Shown one piece after another: positions 1 to 26,995 of a stretch of 64,000 nucleotides of DNA. The notes beneath the pieces are model-generated. The model searched no databases. It was not told the origin of the DNA and was given only the letters and a program-made list of their open reading frames with translations. The translations under genes were made by a program, and so were the position numbers. The stretch's first letter is position 1; each line of letters begins with the position of its first letter. The DNA comes from Eledone cirrhosa (taxonomy: Eukaryota): NCBI GenBank assembly GCA_964016885.1, contig OZ024741.1, forward strand, positions 118,420,001 to 118,484,000, given 5' to 3'.

Positions 1-781
1 GTGTATATATATATATGTGTATATATATATATGTATATATATATATGTGTATATATATATATATGTGTATATATATATATGTGTATATATATATATATGT
101 GTGTATATATATATATGTGTGTATATATATGTATATATGTATATATATATATATGTATATATATGTATGTATATATATATATATGTATATGTATATATAT
201 ATATATGTATATGTATATATATATATATGTATATGTATATATATATGTGTATATGTATATGTATATATGTATATATATATATATGTATATATATATATGT
301 ATATATATATATATGTATATATATATATGTATATATATATATGTATATATATATATGTATATATATATATGTATATATATATATGTGTATATATATATAT
401 GTGTATATATATATGTATATATATATATGTGTATATATATGTGTATATATATATATATGTGTATATATATATATGTGTATATATATATATGTGTGTATAT
501 ATATGTGTATATATATATATATGTGTATATATATATATGTGTATATATATATATGTGTATATATATATATGTGTATATATATATATGTGTATATATATAT
601 ATGTGTATATATATATATATATGTGTATATATATATATATATGTGTATATATATATGTGTATATATATATATGTGTATATATATATATATGTGTATATAT
701 ATATGTGTATATATATATGTGTATATATATATGTATGTGTATATATATATGTATGTATGTATATATATATATATATGTATG

Positions 782-819
<38 letters not shown>

Positions 820-863
820 ATGTATATATATATATGTATATATATGTATATATATATATGTAT
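1..863. repeat. Irregular (TA)nTG / TATG / TGTA microsatellite
   Basis: Direct reading: TA dinucleotide runs interrupted by G on the + strand. Confidence 0.99.
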
Positions 864-1470
864 GTCAGGTCACCACTTGGTGCTACTGGTAACATGTATC
901 CCAGTACAACCTGTCTCATGGTCGGGTCGTTGGCGACTAAACTGGCAACCCCACCAAGGTTTCTTGGTGAGGAGGGTGACTTTGACATCCTGCAGGACTA
1001 AAAACAAAACCTGTCGAAGGGCAAAGGAGCTCTTAAGAGTCAATGGCCATCCAAAATCACTGGGAGAGATGACCCCTTAGCCTTTGTCAAGGCAGAATTC
1101 TAAGAGAAGGAAAACTCTGATATAACACCTGCAACCCTGATGGTATCCAATGATGTTGACTTGTTCTTCTTTTTGGTAAATATCATCTTGGTTAAGAGAG
1201 TGGACTGGCTTTGTGCAGTGCCTTTGCTCACTATAAAAGCTTCACGGCACAGGCATTGCTTTATATCTGGAGATCTCTCTGCACTTGTCGTCACATGGTA
1301 CCATGGGCCCAGCACTATGTGTCAATAATTGTCACAAGTGTAGTGTTTGTACCAGAGTTTTCAAGTCGCTGGCTGGACTAAAAAGTCACACTCGTTCAGC
1401 GCATCGGTAGGGGTTCTCCTACATGGATATAAAGTAGTGGCCGTACTCGAAAACGAGTTGGCAGCCACCA
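864..1470 (+). mobile_element. Unclassified non-coding interspersed repeat, copy 1 (possibly RTE-UTR derived)
   Basis: 1062-1470 closely matches 36104-36513; both end at GGCAGCCACCA followed by TA; contains GAGAAGGAAAACTCTGAT, resembling a motif of RTE 5' UTRs. Strand uncertain. Confidence 0.7.
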
Positions 1471-8452
<6,982 letters not shown>

Positions 8453-9121
8453 ATCTTAATGATGGGGGACTTCAACCTCCCCGGAGTTGACTGGTCCACA
8501 AACACCCTGCCACCAGGTTCTTCTGCCTCAACCTCTGACAGGGAAGCTGTGGAATCGCCTCTTGACTTCATGGATGATTTCTTCCTATCCCAACTAGTGC
8601 TCGAACCAACGAGGTTCCACAAAAACGTCCTAGACTTAATTTTCAGCAATCACACTGACAATATCCACAATATTGCAGTGGAGAAAACTCTACTCTCTGA
8701 TCATGACATGGTTCTCTGTGATCTGAGATTCCACCGTCCAATATACAAACCCAATGTCATCTCTCCTGTCCATCCGTTTGACGCTATGGATTTCCACAAT
8801 GCAAACTGGGAAGCGATCAGTCATGATCTTGCACATGTCGACTGGTCCTTCACGCACACTCATACACCCACTAACATCAAAAAGTCCTGGCAGACATTTG
8901 TGGACACTGTTACAAACATATGTGCTAAACACACCCCATTAAGAACTATAAACAAATCTAAGAGCAGAATCCCTAGAAATAGAAAAACGCTCATCAGAAA
9001 AATTAAGAGAACGAACAAAAAAATCAACAAGCTGAAATACTGTCAGCAGCAACACATCAACTTGACTGCCATTTCATCACTAGAGATTAAAAAACATAAC
9101 CTCCAAAACAACATAATGTCC
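8453..9121 (+). mobile_element. 5'-truncated copy of the CR1/L2-group LINE (end of APE domain plus linker), cut by the assembly gap
   Basis: Encodes [10 protein letters not shown]...LDLIFSN...LSDHDMV; near-identical to 32046-32714. Confidence 0.95.
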
Positions 9122-9321
9122 NNNNNNNNNNNNNNNNNNNNNNNNNNNNNNNNNNNNNNNNNNNNNNNNNNNNNNNNNNNNNNNNNNNNNNNNNNNNNNN
9201 NNNNNNNNNNNNNNNNNNNNNNNNNNNNNNNNNNNNNNNNNNNNNNNNNNNNNNNNNNNNNNNNNNNNNNNNNNNNNNNNNNNNNNNNNNNNNNNNNNNN
9301 NNNNNNNNNNNNNNNNNNNNN
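9122..9321. other. Assembly gap (200 N)
   Basis: Run of N. Confidence 1.
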
Positions 9322-9554
9322 GTGAGGAAAGAGACTTCTTTAATATTAATCACACTGTGAGGCTGCAGCAGGCATAACTTGTTTATATTACATGATTAAT
9401 GATGTGACAATAACATACATACATACATATACACACATACACATGTAAACACATATATTCACACATGCACATATATACATACACTCGCACATACATGAAC
9501 TCTCTCTCACAAAACTGTGATGACATGGACATTTGATTGATGAGTTGAAGTGGA

Positions 9555-9723
9555 AGGAAACTGCAGTAGAGGTAGACCAAGGAAGACCTGGGCAGGGGTG
9601 GTGAAAACCGATTACAAATCACTGAAACTCACAATAGAGATGACAAAGGATCACAATGTGTGGAGAGATGCTGTGTTGAAAAGGACCCATGCAAGCATGG
9701 AAAAACGGACGTAAAAATGATGT
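9555..9723 (+). mobile_element. Old RTE-type LINE 3' end remnant
   Basis: GGTAGACCAAGGAAGACCTGG (GRPRKTW) and CCCATGCAAGCATGGAAAAACGGACGTAAAAATGATG match the 3' termini of the RTE copies in this window. Confidence 0.65.
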
Positions 9724-9794
9724 TTGTCTGATTTATCATAAGAGATCACTAAAAATGTTGGTGCCTAGTCAGCCATCTGCCTGTAAAACATTAC

Positions 9795-9960
9795 CTGAAA
9801 TAAGTGGAGACTTCTGGTGTCCTTGACCCTAGGGCCACCTCCCTACTCACCACCATCAGCACAGAGTTGGCTACCCACAGGTGTATGCCTCACGAGCTGG
9901 AATGGCTTTTCCAACACATCTCCCTACCATCCTGCAGGGAAACGCTTCTTCTATTCTGTC
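9795..9960 (+). pseudogene. Fragment of the C-terminal restriction-like endonuclease region of an RLE non-LTR retrotransposon (CRE-like)
   Basis: VETSGVLDPRATSLL...E..WLFQHISL, then frameshifted ILQGNASSIL; resembles the VETxG...WLxQRxSLAxxRGNAxxIL C-terminus of CRE-type elements. Confidence 0.55.
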
Positions 9961-10078
9961 TGTCAAGACCACAGGAGTGCCAGCACGTGGGCCTCTATTT
10001 CTTTATAATAGTGAGAGTTAGGGAGAGCGAGAGAGGCAATGACAGTGGGAGTTTGGTTCCTTTGTGTTCGGACCTGGG

Positions 10079-10160
<82 letters not shown>

Positions 10161-10164
<4 letters not shown>

Positions 10165-10269
10165 GTAATAATAAAATTGAAGACTAAAATCCAAAGAGGG
10201 CTCGATAAGGATAAATATATATCAAATATATAAGAACCGTAGAGCCTTTGCTTAAACTTTAATCTGTTA

Positions 10270-10277
<8 letters not shown>
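10161..10277 (-). mobile_element. Naiad pLTR 3' tail plus short inverted arm, in (TA)n
   Basis: 10161-10243 matches the start of 40213-40370; 10245-10277 is the reverse complement of the adjacent pLTR segment (ATTAAAATAACAGATTAAAGTTTAAGCAAAG). Confidence 0.9.
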
Positions 10278-10347
<70 letters not shown>

Positions 10348-10614
10348 TTATTTACTGCACCACATACAAAATTCATTAAATGTGAATTAATGTGAAGCAT
10401 CATCTTTAAGACCTAATTATGTTTATCGCTATATATAGATATCTCAACACTCTCCCCACATACCGTAAGAAGTGATTAAAACTTTTAGTAAAATGGTTGG
10501 TGTGAGGAAGGAAGGACATCTGGCTGTGAAACATTGCCTCAAAAAGTCCCCTCCAGCACATACTAGAATGGAAAAGTCAGTGTAAGAACAAAGATGTGTG
10601 TGTGTGTACGTATA

Positions 10615-10686
10615 CAGGGTGTCCCCAAAAATGTATACACATATTAATGTTATTGAAGTGTGTATATATTTTGGAGGGACACCCTG
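10615..10686. mobile_element. 72-bp Tc1/mariner-type MITE
   Basis: Imperfect TIRs CAGGGTGTCCC...GGGACACCCTG, flanked by TA on both sides. Confidence 0.75.
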
Positions 10687-10830
10687 TATATATAATGTAT
10701 GTACGTATATACACACACATACACACATACACACACGCACGCGCGCGCGCACGCACGCACGTATTAATAAACAATACATAGATAATTTCCTTAGTACTAC
10801 AGTGTATTGCTGTTGTCAGCTGAGGTTAGA

Positions 10831-11011
10831 AAGAAATAATTGTTTCTACGTTAGGCACAAGGCCAGCAATTAACCAGTGCATTACTGGTACTTTATTTTA
10901 TCGACCCCGTAAGGATGAAAGGCAAAGTTAACCTCAGCGGTATTTGAGAATGGCAAGGGCCGTAACTCTATACGTCAAAGCATGGCGTCCGACCCTCTCC
11001 CAATACTGCCA
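10831..11011 (-). mobile_element. tRNA-derived SINE, tandem copy 1 (B box partly deleted)
   Basis: Minus strand GCCTTTCATCCTTACGGGGTCGATAAAATAAAGTACCAGT central domain; ~180 bp direct repeat of 11012-11200. Confidence 0.8.
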
Positions 11012-11200
11012 AGAAATAATTGTTTCTACTTTTGGCACAAGGCCAGCAATTATCCAGTACATTACTGGTACTTTATTTTATCGACCCCGTAAGGATGAAA
11101 GGCAAAGTTAACCTCGGCGGGATTTGAACTCAGAATGGCAAGGGCCGTAACTCTATGCGTCAAAGCATGGCGTCCAACCCTCTACCGATACTGCCAATTC
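11012..11200 (-). mobile_element. tRNA-derived SINE, tandem copy 2
   Basis: Minus strand B box GAGTTCAAATCC followed by the GCCTTTCATCC...GGTCGATAAA domain typical of mollusc SINEs. Confidence 0.85.
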
Positions 11201-11543
11201 ACCTGCCAATTCACTGCCAAGAAATAATAAATGTCAATAATACACAAGATTCTTCTACCTCTTACTACTACTCCTTACTTCGTATTACCTTTTACTACTA
11301 CTCCTTACTTCTGGCACTTCCTTTGTGTCACTTGAGCTCTTCTCATACATAAAACTGTAATAACATATTATCTATCACTATGATATCTGAAGGACTTCAC
11401 TCATATATATATGAATGAATATGTGTGTACTTTGCTCAGCACAAATGCACTCACGTATATGTGCTTGTGTGTGTGTTTTATATATATATATATTATGTAT
11501 ATATATATATATATGTGTATATATGTACATATATATATATATA

Positions 11544-11976
11544 CAGGGTGCGGACGATATCTGTCTAGGAAAATATAACACAGTAGTTTTATTTTTTAAG
11601 ATATATTTATCAAACTTGGGTCAGTTTGTCTTCATGACTTGTTCTTTCGATCTCACTCGATAAACCCGCATTGGCTTTGATGACGGCCTCAAGGCAGCCT
11701 TGGAGCCGGCTACAGGCCTTCGTTACTCTCCCCCGACTTAGGTCCCTAAAGGCACTTATGATCCCGGCCTTCAGATCGTCTTTCGTATTGCAGCTACATC
11801 TGTTGGTGTCTCGTTCTATTGCACGCCACACATAGAAGTCGAGGGGGTTGCAGTCAGGCTAGCTGGGAGGCCAGATGTCAGGTGAAGTGTGGTCGACGAA
11901 GTTCTGACAGCCAGGCTTAGGTCTTTTGGTTGGTATGGCAGGGCGCTGAGTCTTGCTGCCACACGTACGGCCTCGC
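11544..11976 (-). mobile_element. 3' part of a decayed Tc1/mariner-superfamily transposon
   Basis: Minus strand [19 protein letters not shown]...KACSRLQGCLEAVIKANAG (third catalytic D region, with a stop); terminus TA|CAGGGTG. Confidence 0.85.
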
Positions 11977-12294
11977 TATATGTATGTATATATATATGTA
12001 TGTATATATATATGTATGTATATATATATGTATGTATATATATATATGTATGTATGTGTATGTATATGTATGTATATGTATATGTATATATATATGTATA
12101 TATATGTATGTATATGTATATATATATATATATATGTATTGTTATACTTTGGGAGGGTCATGTTGCCAATAAGAAACACACGCACCAGTTGCTTTCACTT
12201 CAATTTAATTTATTAAATATTTATAAGTTTACAAATTTATAAATTTCTGGTTGGTTGGTTGGTTCCACAACCAGATAGTTGTTTATATATATAT

Positions 12295-12339
12295 AGTCAT
12301 AGTTCTTTCGTCACACACTCTGTGACCTCTTCAGTGACT
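12295..12339 (-). ncRNA. Minimal type I hammerhead ribozyme (inverted arm copy)
   Basis: Reverse complement of 12460-12504. Confidence 0.8.
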
Positions 12340-12459
12340 GGGGATTTCTTTCTTCGTTTCTGTGCCTTTCCTTTCTTCTATCCTACGCCATTTTGTTTGA
12401 AAACAAAATGGCGTAGGATAGAAGAAAGGAAAGGCACAGAAACGAAGAAAGAAATCCCC

Positions 12460-12504
12460 AGTCACTGAAGAGGTCACAGAGTGTGTGACGAAAGAACTAT
12501 GACT
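12460..12504 (+). ncRNA. Minimal type I hammerhead ribozyme
   Basis: AGTCA-CTGAAGA-g-GTCAC(agagtgt)GTGAC-GAAA-GaaC-TA-TGACT: stem I AGTCA/TGACT, stem II GTCAC/GTGAC, very short stem III, CUA site. Confidence 0.85.
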
Positions 12505-12720
12505 ATATATATATAAACAACTATCTGGTTGTGGAACCAACCAACCAACCAGAAATTTATAAATTTGTAAACTTATAAATATTTAATAAATTAAATTGAA
12601 GTGAAAGCAACTGGTGCGTGTGTTTCTTATTGGCAACATGACCCTCCCAAAGTATAACAATATCGGTTTCAACACACGATTTCAGATAAAGAATCTTGCT
12701 AAACAAATTCAGAAACGAAA

Positions 12721-15830
<3,110 letters not shown>

Positions 15831-16053
15831 TAGTAATAATAATAAAATTGAAGACTAAATCCAAAGAGGGCTCGATAAGAAAAATATATATCAAATATAT
15901 AAGAACCGAAGAGCAAATATTTATTAATATAACAGATTAAAGTTTAAGCAAAGAATCGCTTCTTTCACCCTTAACGGGATCTTCTGATGATCCCGTTAAG
16001 GGTGAAAGCAGCGATTCTTTGCTTAAACTTTAATCTGTTATATTAATAAATAT
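15831..16053 (-). mobile_element. Naiad pLTR fold-back: ~85-bp tail plus 65-bp inverted arms
   Basis: 15831-15987 matches 43459-43615; arms 15917-15981 and 15989-16053 around loop TTCTGAT. Confidence 0.9.
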
Positions 16054-16130
16054 ATATATATCTATATATATATGTATACATATAAATATATATGTATATG
16101 TATATATATATATGTATATGTATATATATG

Positions 16131-16160
<30 letters not shown>

Positions 16161-16161
<1 letters not shown>

Positions 16162-17402
16162 CATCATCATCATCATCAGGTTTAGCGTCCGTGTTCCACG
16201 CTTGCATGGGTTTGGACGGGGGTTTTCCCACTTGAGGCAAGAGTTTTGGAGAGGTGTAAGCGTGTGAGGTCGGAATTTATCAGCTCGTCCCATGTTTTTC
16301 TGGGTCTGCCTACTCCGTGGCTACCGTCTATCTTTATTGCCCTGCACTTTGTTATACAGCTGTCATCTTTCATGCGCATCACGTGACCGTACCAACGTAG
16401 CCTTCTCTCGAGTAAACAACATCTGATCCCTCTTATTTCTAATTTTTTCCTTAGTTCGTTTATGCTTTGCCGTTCACGTATATTACTATTGCACATCCAG
16501 CGGAGCATGCAAGCTTCGTTCCTCTCTAGTCTGCGTATATCCTCTGCACACAATGCCCAGGTCTCACTGCCATGCAGCATTGCTGTTCGTATGCAGGCAT
16601 CGTATAACCTGCCTTTCATTTTTATGGAGAACCCTCTAGCGGCTAATAGTGGTATAAGCTCTCTGAACTTTTTCCATCCAGTTCTGACTCTAGCTACTGT
16701 ACTTTCAGATCACCCTCCCCCACTGCTGATTTTGTCACCCAGGTAACGGAAGCTGTCCACTATTTCTATAGAACCCTCTGCGCAGTTGAAGGAGCTAGTA
16801 TTTTGTGGGCACTTGCTGCTACTTATTGCACCAGAGCACCGGCCACATGTAAAATCTATGTTCTTAGTTAGCTTACCTGTGATCCCACTACATCTTTTAT
16901 GCACCCATACTTTGCATTTGGGACATAAAATGGAGTTTCTACTTAGGCCTTTCCTACACACTGAGCATGGCCATTTCCCAGATGGGACTGCCGCCTTATT
17001 TTCTTTCCTACAAACTAGAACTTTAGTCTTAGCCAGGTTAATTTTAAGGCCTTTTGATTCTAAGCCGTGCTTCCATGTTCGGTCATTGATTCAGCTATGA
17101 GCGTTAGATCATCTGCGTATAGGAGTTCTCATGGGCAACCGGTCTTGAACTCCTCTGTTATAGCCTGAAGGGCAATAATAAATAGTAGGGGGCTAAGAAC
17201 AGAGCCCTGATGGACACCAACTTTTATGCTAAACTCTTCACTATATTCGTCGTTAATTCTAACCTTACTGACTGTTTCTTTATACATTGCTTGTATAGCT
17301 CTCACAAGCCATTCGTCAACACCTAGTTTTCTAAGAGACCACCAGATAATGGAGCGGGGGACTCTGTCGGGGACTCTGTCGAAGGCTTTCTCCAAGTCGA
17401 CG
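16161..17402 (-). mobile_element. 5'-truncated, decayed RTE-type LINE
   Basis: [24 protein letters not shown], Cys-rich CRKG..NSILCPKCKVWVHKRC, GRPRKTW; (GAT)n tail; frameshifts, local duplication at ~17358-17380, most of 3' UTR deleted. Confidence 0.93.
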
Positions 17403-19036
<1,634 letters not shown>

Positions 19037-19327
19037 TTTCGTTTCTGAATTTGTTTAGCAAGATTCTTTATCTGAAATCGTGTGTTGAAACCGATATTGT
19101 TATACTTTGGGAGGGTCATGTTGCCAATAAGAAACACACGCACCAGTTGCTTTCACTTCAGTTTATTATATATTTATAAATTTATAAATTTACAAATCCA
19201 CAACCAGAAATTTATAAGTTTGTAGATTTGTAAATTTATAAATTTATAAATATATAATAAACTGAAGTGAAAGCAACTGGTGCGTGTATTTCTTATTGGC
19301 AACATGACCCTCCCAAAGTATAACAAT
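19037..19327 (-). mobile_element. PLE pLTR fold-back, family B copy 2: tail plus 103-bp arms
   Basis: Tail 19037-19095; arms 19096-19198 and 19225-19327; same tail-less end (GTATAACAAT) as at 12137 and 43628. Confidence 0.9.
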
Positions 19328-23113
<3,786 letters not shown>

Positions 23114-23381
23114 TTAGAAAGTGAGGTTTTTTTTACAAAATGAAAAATAACCGAGGTGTCCTACACGAGTGGGAGTATAAAGAAAAAGGGATGAAATCGA
23201 AAATGCAACTGATGTATATATATATACATATATATACACATATATATACATATATATACATATATATACATATATACATATATACATATATACATATATA
23301 CATATATATACGTATATATACATATATATACGTATATATACATATATATACGTATATATACATATATATATATATATACAC

Positions 23382-23412
<31 letters not shown>

Positions 23413-23441
23413 CACGTATATATATATATATACATATATAC

Positions 23442-23482
<41 letters not shown>

Positions 23483-23601
23483 CATATATATATACATATA
23501 TATACATATATATACATATATATACACATATATATACATATATATACATATATATACATATATATACACATATATATACATATATATACATATATATATA
23601 C

Positions 23602-23632
<31 letters not shown>

Positions 23633-23701
23633 CATATACATATATATACATATATATACATATATATATACATATATATACATATATATACATATATATA
23701 C

Positions 23702-23768
<67 letters not shown>

Positions 23769-23799
23769 CATACATATATATATATATACATATATATAC

Positions 23800-23830
<31 letters not shown>

Positions 23831-23831
23831 C

Positions 23832-23870
<39 letters not shown>

Positions 23871-23940
23871 AAGAAAAAGGGATGAAATCGAAAATGCAAC
23901 TGAAGTCTTATTTTTTTTAAAAATATATATATATATTTAT
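23114..23940 (-). mobile_element. Neptune pLTR terminus unit 1: tail, ~33 bp of arm end, internal microsatellite, repeated arm end
   Basis: AAAGAAAAAGGGATGAAATCGAAAATGCAACTGA at ~23179-23211 and again from ~23870; same sequence as 26829 onward. Confidence 0.85.
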
Positions 23941-24048
23941 ATGTATATGTATATATATATATGTATATATATATATGTATATATATATATGTATATGCAT
24001 GTATGTATGTATGTATGTATATGTATGTATATATATATATATATATAT

Positions 24049-24290
24049 TATAAAGTGAGGTTTTTTTTACAAAATGAAAAATAACCGAGTTGTCCTACAC
24101 GAGTGGGAGTATAAAGAAAAAGGGATGAAATCGAAAATGCAACATATATATATATATATATACATATATATACATATACATATATATACACATATATATA
24201 CATATATATACATATATACATATATACATATATACATATATATACGTATATATACATATATATACGTATATATACATATATATATACACA

Positions 24291-24322
<32 letters not shown>

Positions 24323-24741
24323 CACATATATATATATATACATATATACATATATATATATATATACATATATATACATATATATATATACATATATATA
24401 TATACATATATATATACATATATATATACATATATATACATATATATATACATATATATATACATATATATACATACATATATATATACATATATATACA
24501 TATATATACATATATATACATATATATACACATATATACACATATATATACATATATATACATATATATACATATATATACATATATATACATATATATA
24601 CATATATATACATATATATATACATATATATATATATACATATACATATATTTATATATATACATATACATATATATACATATATATACATATATATACA
24701 TATATATACACATATATATACATATATATACATATATATAC

Positions 24742-24784
<43 letters not shown>

Positions 24785-24785
24785 C

Positions 24786-24816
<31 letters not shown>

Positions 24817-24819
24817 CAT
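24049..24819 (-). mobile_element. Neptune pLTR terminus unit 2 (tail plus internal microsatellite), interrupted by an RTE
   Basis: 24049-24143 matches 23114-23209; following TACA array shares CGTA and CATACA variants with 23212-23869. Confidence 0.8.
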
Positions 24820-26718
24820 ATCATCATCATCATCATCATCATCACCGTTTTACGTCCGTTCTTCCACGCTAGCATGGGTTAGACGGGTTGTCCTGTTGTG
24901 GGCAGTGTCTGGTCGGCTGACCATGCCTTGCTCATACAGGAACTGATCTGGCTTGATTTCTACAGCTGGATGCCCTTCCTAACACCAACCTCATTTACAG
25001 TGAGTGCTGGGTGCTTTTTCGTGGCGCCTACACGTCCACTTTACAGTGTGGGCTGGGTGCTTTTTTGCCGTGGCACCTCCACGACCACCTTGCGGTGGGG
25101 GGGGGGGGCATATTGTTTATATGCTTCAGCATGTACCCATGGGAGGTCGGGTACCCTGTATTACTGCGTGACGCCAGAAGTCACGGTCGTGTGTCATTGA
25201 CTTTGAGAGGTGTAGTTGGGTAAGGTCGGCTTTTATCACCTCATCCCAAGTCATCTTGGGTCTCCCCACTCCGCGGTTTCCATCAACTTCTAGTGCTCTG
25301 CACCTTTTTATGCAGCTGTCATCCTTCATACGCATCACATGTCCATACCAGCGTAACCGCCTCTCCTGCACGCAGCATTTGATTCCTCTTATGCTCAGTC
25401 TCTCTCTCAATTCATTTATGCTTTGTCGTTCACGTATATTACTGTTACACATCCATCGGAGCATGCAGGCTTCGTTTCTCTCTAATCTACGTAAGTCTTC
25501 CACCTTCAGCGCCCAGGTCTCACTACCATGCAACATCGCTGTTCGGATACACGCATCATACAGTCTGCCTTTCATTCTGAGGGAGAAGCCTTTTGCAGCT
25601 AGCAGTGGTAGTAGTTCCCTAAACTTCTTCCATCCCGTTCTTACCCTAGTTATTGTACTTTCTGAGCACCCACCTCCGTTGCTAATTCGGTCACCTAGGT
25701 AGCACCTACTGTTTCTACAGGGCCCTCCCAGAGATTGGTGGTACTTGTTTCCTGTGGCTGTTTGCTTGCTGTTTCAGCACAGCTGCTGCATGTGAATCCT
25801 ACATTCTTAATTAAGCTTCCTGAGATCCCGCTACATCTCTTGTGTACCCATTGTTTGCATTTGGGGCAAAGAATGGAGTTCCTACCTACACCTTTCCTAC
25901 ATACTGAGCAAGGCCATTTCCCTGAGGGGATCTGGGTTCTGTTTTCTCGTCTACTTATAAGGACCTTAGTCTTTGTCATGTTGACTTTGAGGCCCTTTCT
26001 CTCTAGTCCCTGCTTCCAGGTTTGGAATTTATTCTCTAGTTCTACCATAGATTCAGCTATGAGTGCGAGGTCATCAGCATACAGGAGTTCCCATGGGCAT
26101 CCGGTCTTAAACTCCTCCGTTATTGCCTGCAGGACTATGATGAACAGGAGAGGGCTAAGAACAGAGCCCTGGTGGACCCCAACCTGTACGCTAAATTCCT
26201 CGCTATACTCATTGCCAATCCTAACTTTGCTGACTGCTCCCCTATACATGGCTTGTACCGCTTTCACAAGCCATTCATCTACTCCTAGTTTTCTAAGAGC
26301 CCACCAGATTACTGCACGTGGAACTCTGTCAAAGGCTTTCTCAAGGTCGACAAATGCCAAGTAGAGTGGCTTACTTTTAGCTAGGTACTTTTCCTGTAAT
26401 TGCCTCACAAGGAAGAGCGCATCAGTGGTGCCTTTCCCTGGTACAAACCCAAATTGCATCTCGTCTATATTCACCCGGTCCCTAATCAGCTGTGCTATAA
26501 CTCTTTCTGTTACTTTCATGACCTGGTCCATCAACTTTATACCTCTATAGTTTCCTCTATCTAGTGCATCGCCTTTACCTTTGTAGCAGTTGACAATGAT
26601 GCTACTGCACCAATCTTTTGGTATGGCCCCCTCTAGTATTACCTGGTTAACGATACGTGTGGTTATAGTGTGACCTACAGACCCAGATGCCTTCAGCATC
26701 TCGGCAGCTATACCCGAT
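24820..26718 (-). mobile_element. 5'-truncated RTE-type LINE (RT, Cys-rich domain, 3' UTR, (GAT)n tail)
   Basis: [59 protein letters not shown]; one frameshift near 25700. Confidence 0.96.
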
Positions 26719-26728
26719 GTATATATAC

Positions 26729-26832
<104 letters not shown>

Positions 26833-26901
26833 AAAAAGGGATGAAATCGAAAATGCAACTGAAGTCTTATTTTTTTTAAAAATATATATATTTATTTGGT
26901 T

Positions 26902-26939
26902 CCTTTACCGGTTTCGCAGTTCTTCTGCTTTTCAAAAGG
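26902..26939 (-). ncRNA. Hammerhead ribozyme, U3-A8 variant (inverted pLTR copy)
   Basis: Reverse complement of 30123-30160. Confidence 0.75.
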
Positions 26940-26995
26940 TGAGTTGAGATGGAGGGTCTGTGGTTTTTCTCACATCTGGTTGGTCTCTAAATGTT

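Larger units (their letters stand above)
12137..12720 (+). mobile_element. PLE pLTR fold-back, family B: 262-bp inverted arms plus 58-bp tail
   Basis: 12137-12398 is the reverse complement of 12401-12662; tail 12663-12720 recurs at 19037-19094; hammerhead in each arm; TA on both sides. Confidence 0.9.

Noticed and set aside
10831-11230. CRISPR-like or satellite array
   Set aside because: Just two tandem SINE copies; no repeat-spacer structure anywhere in the window.
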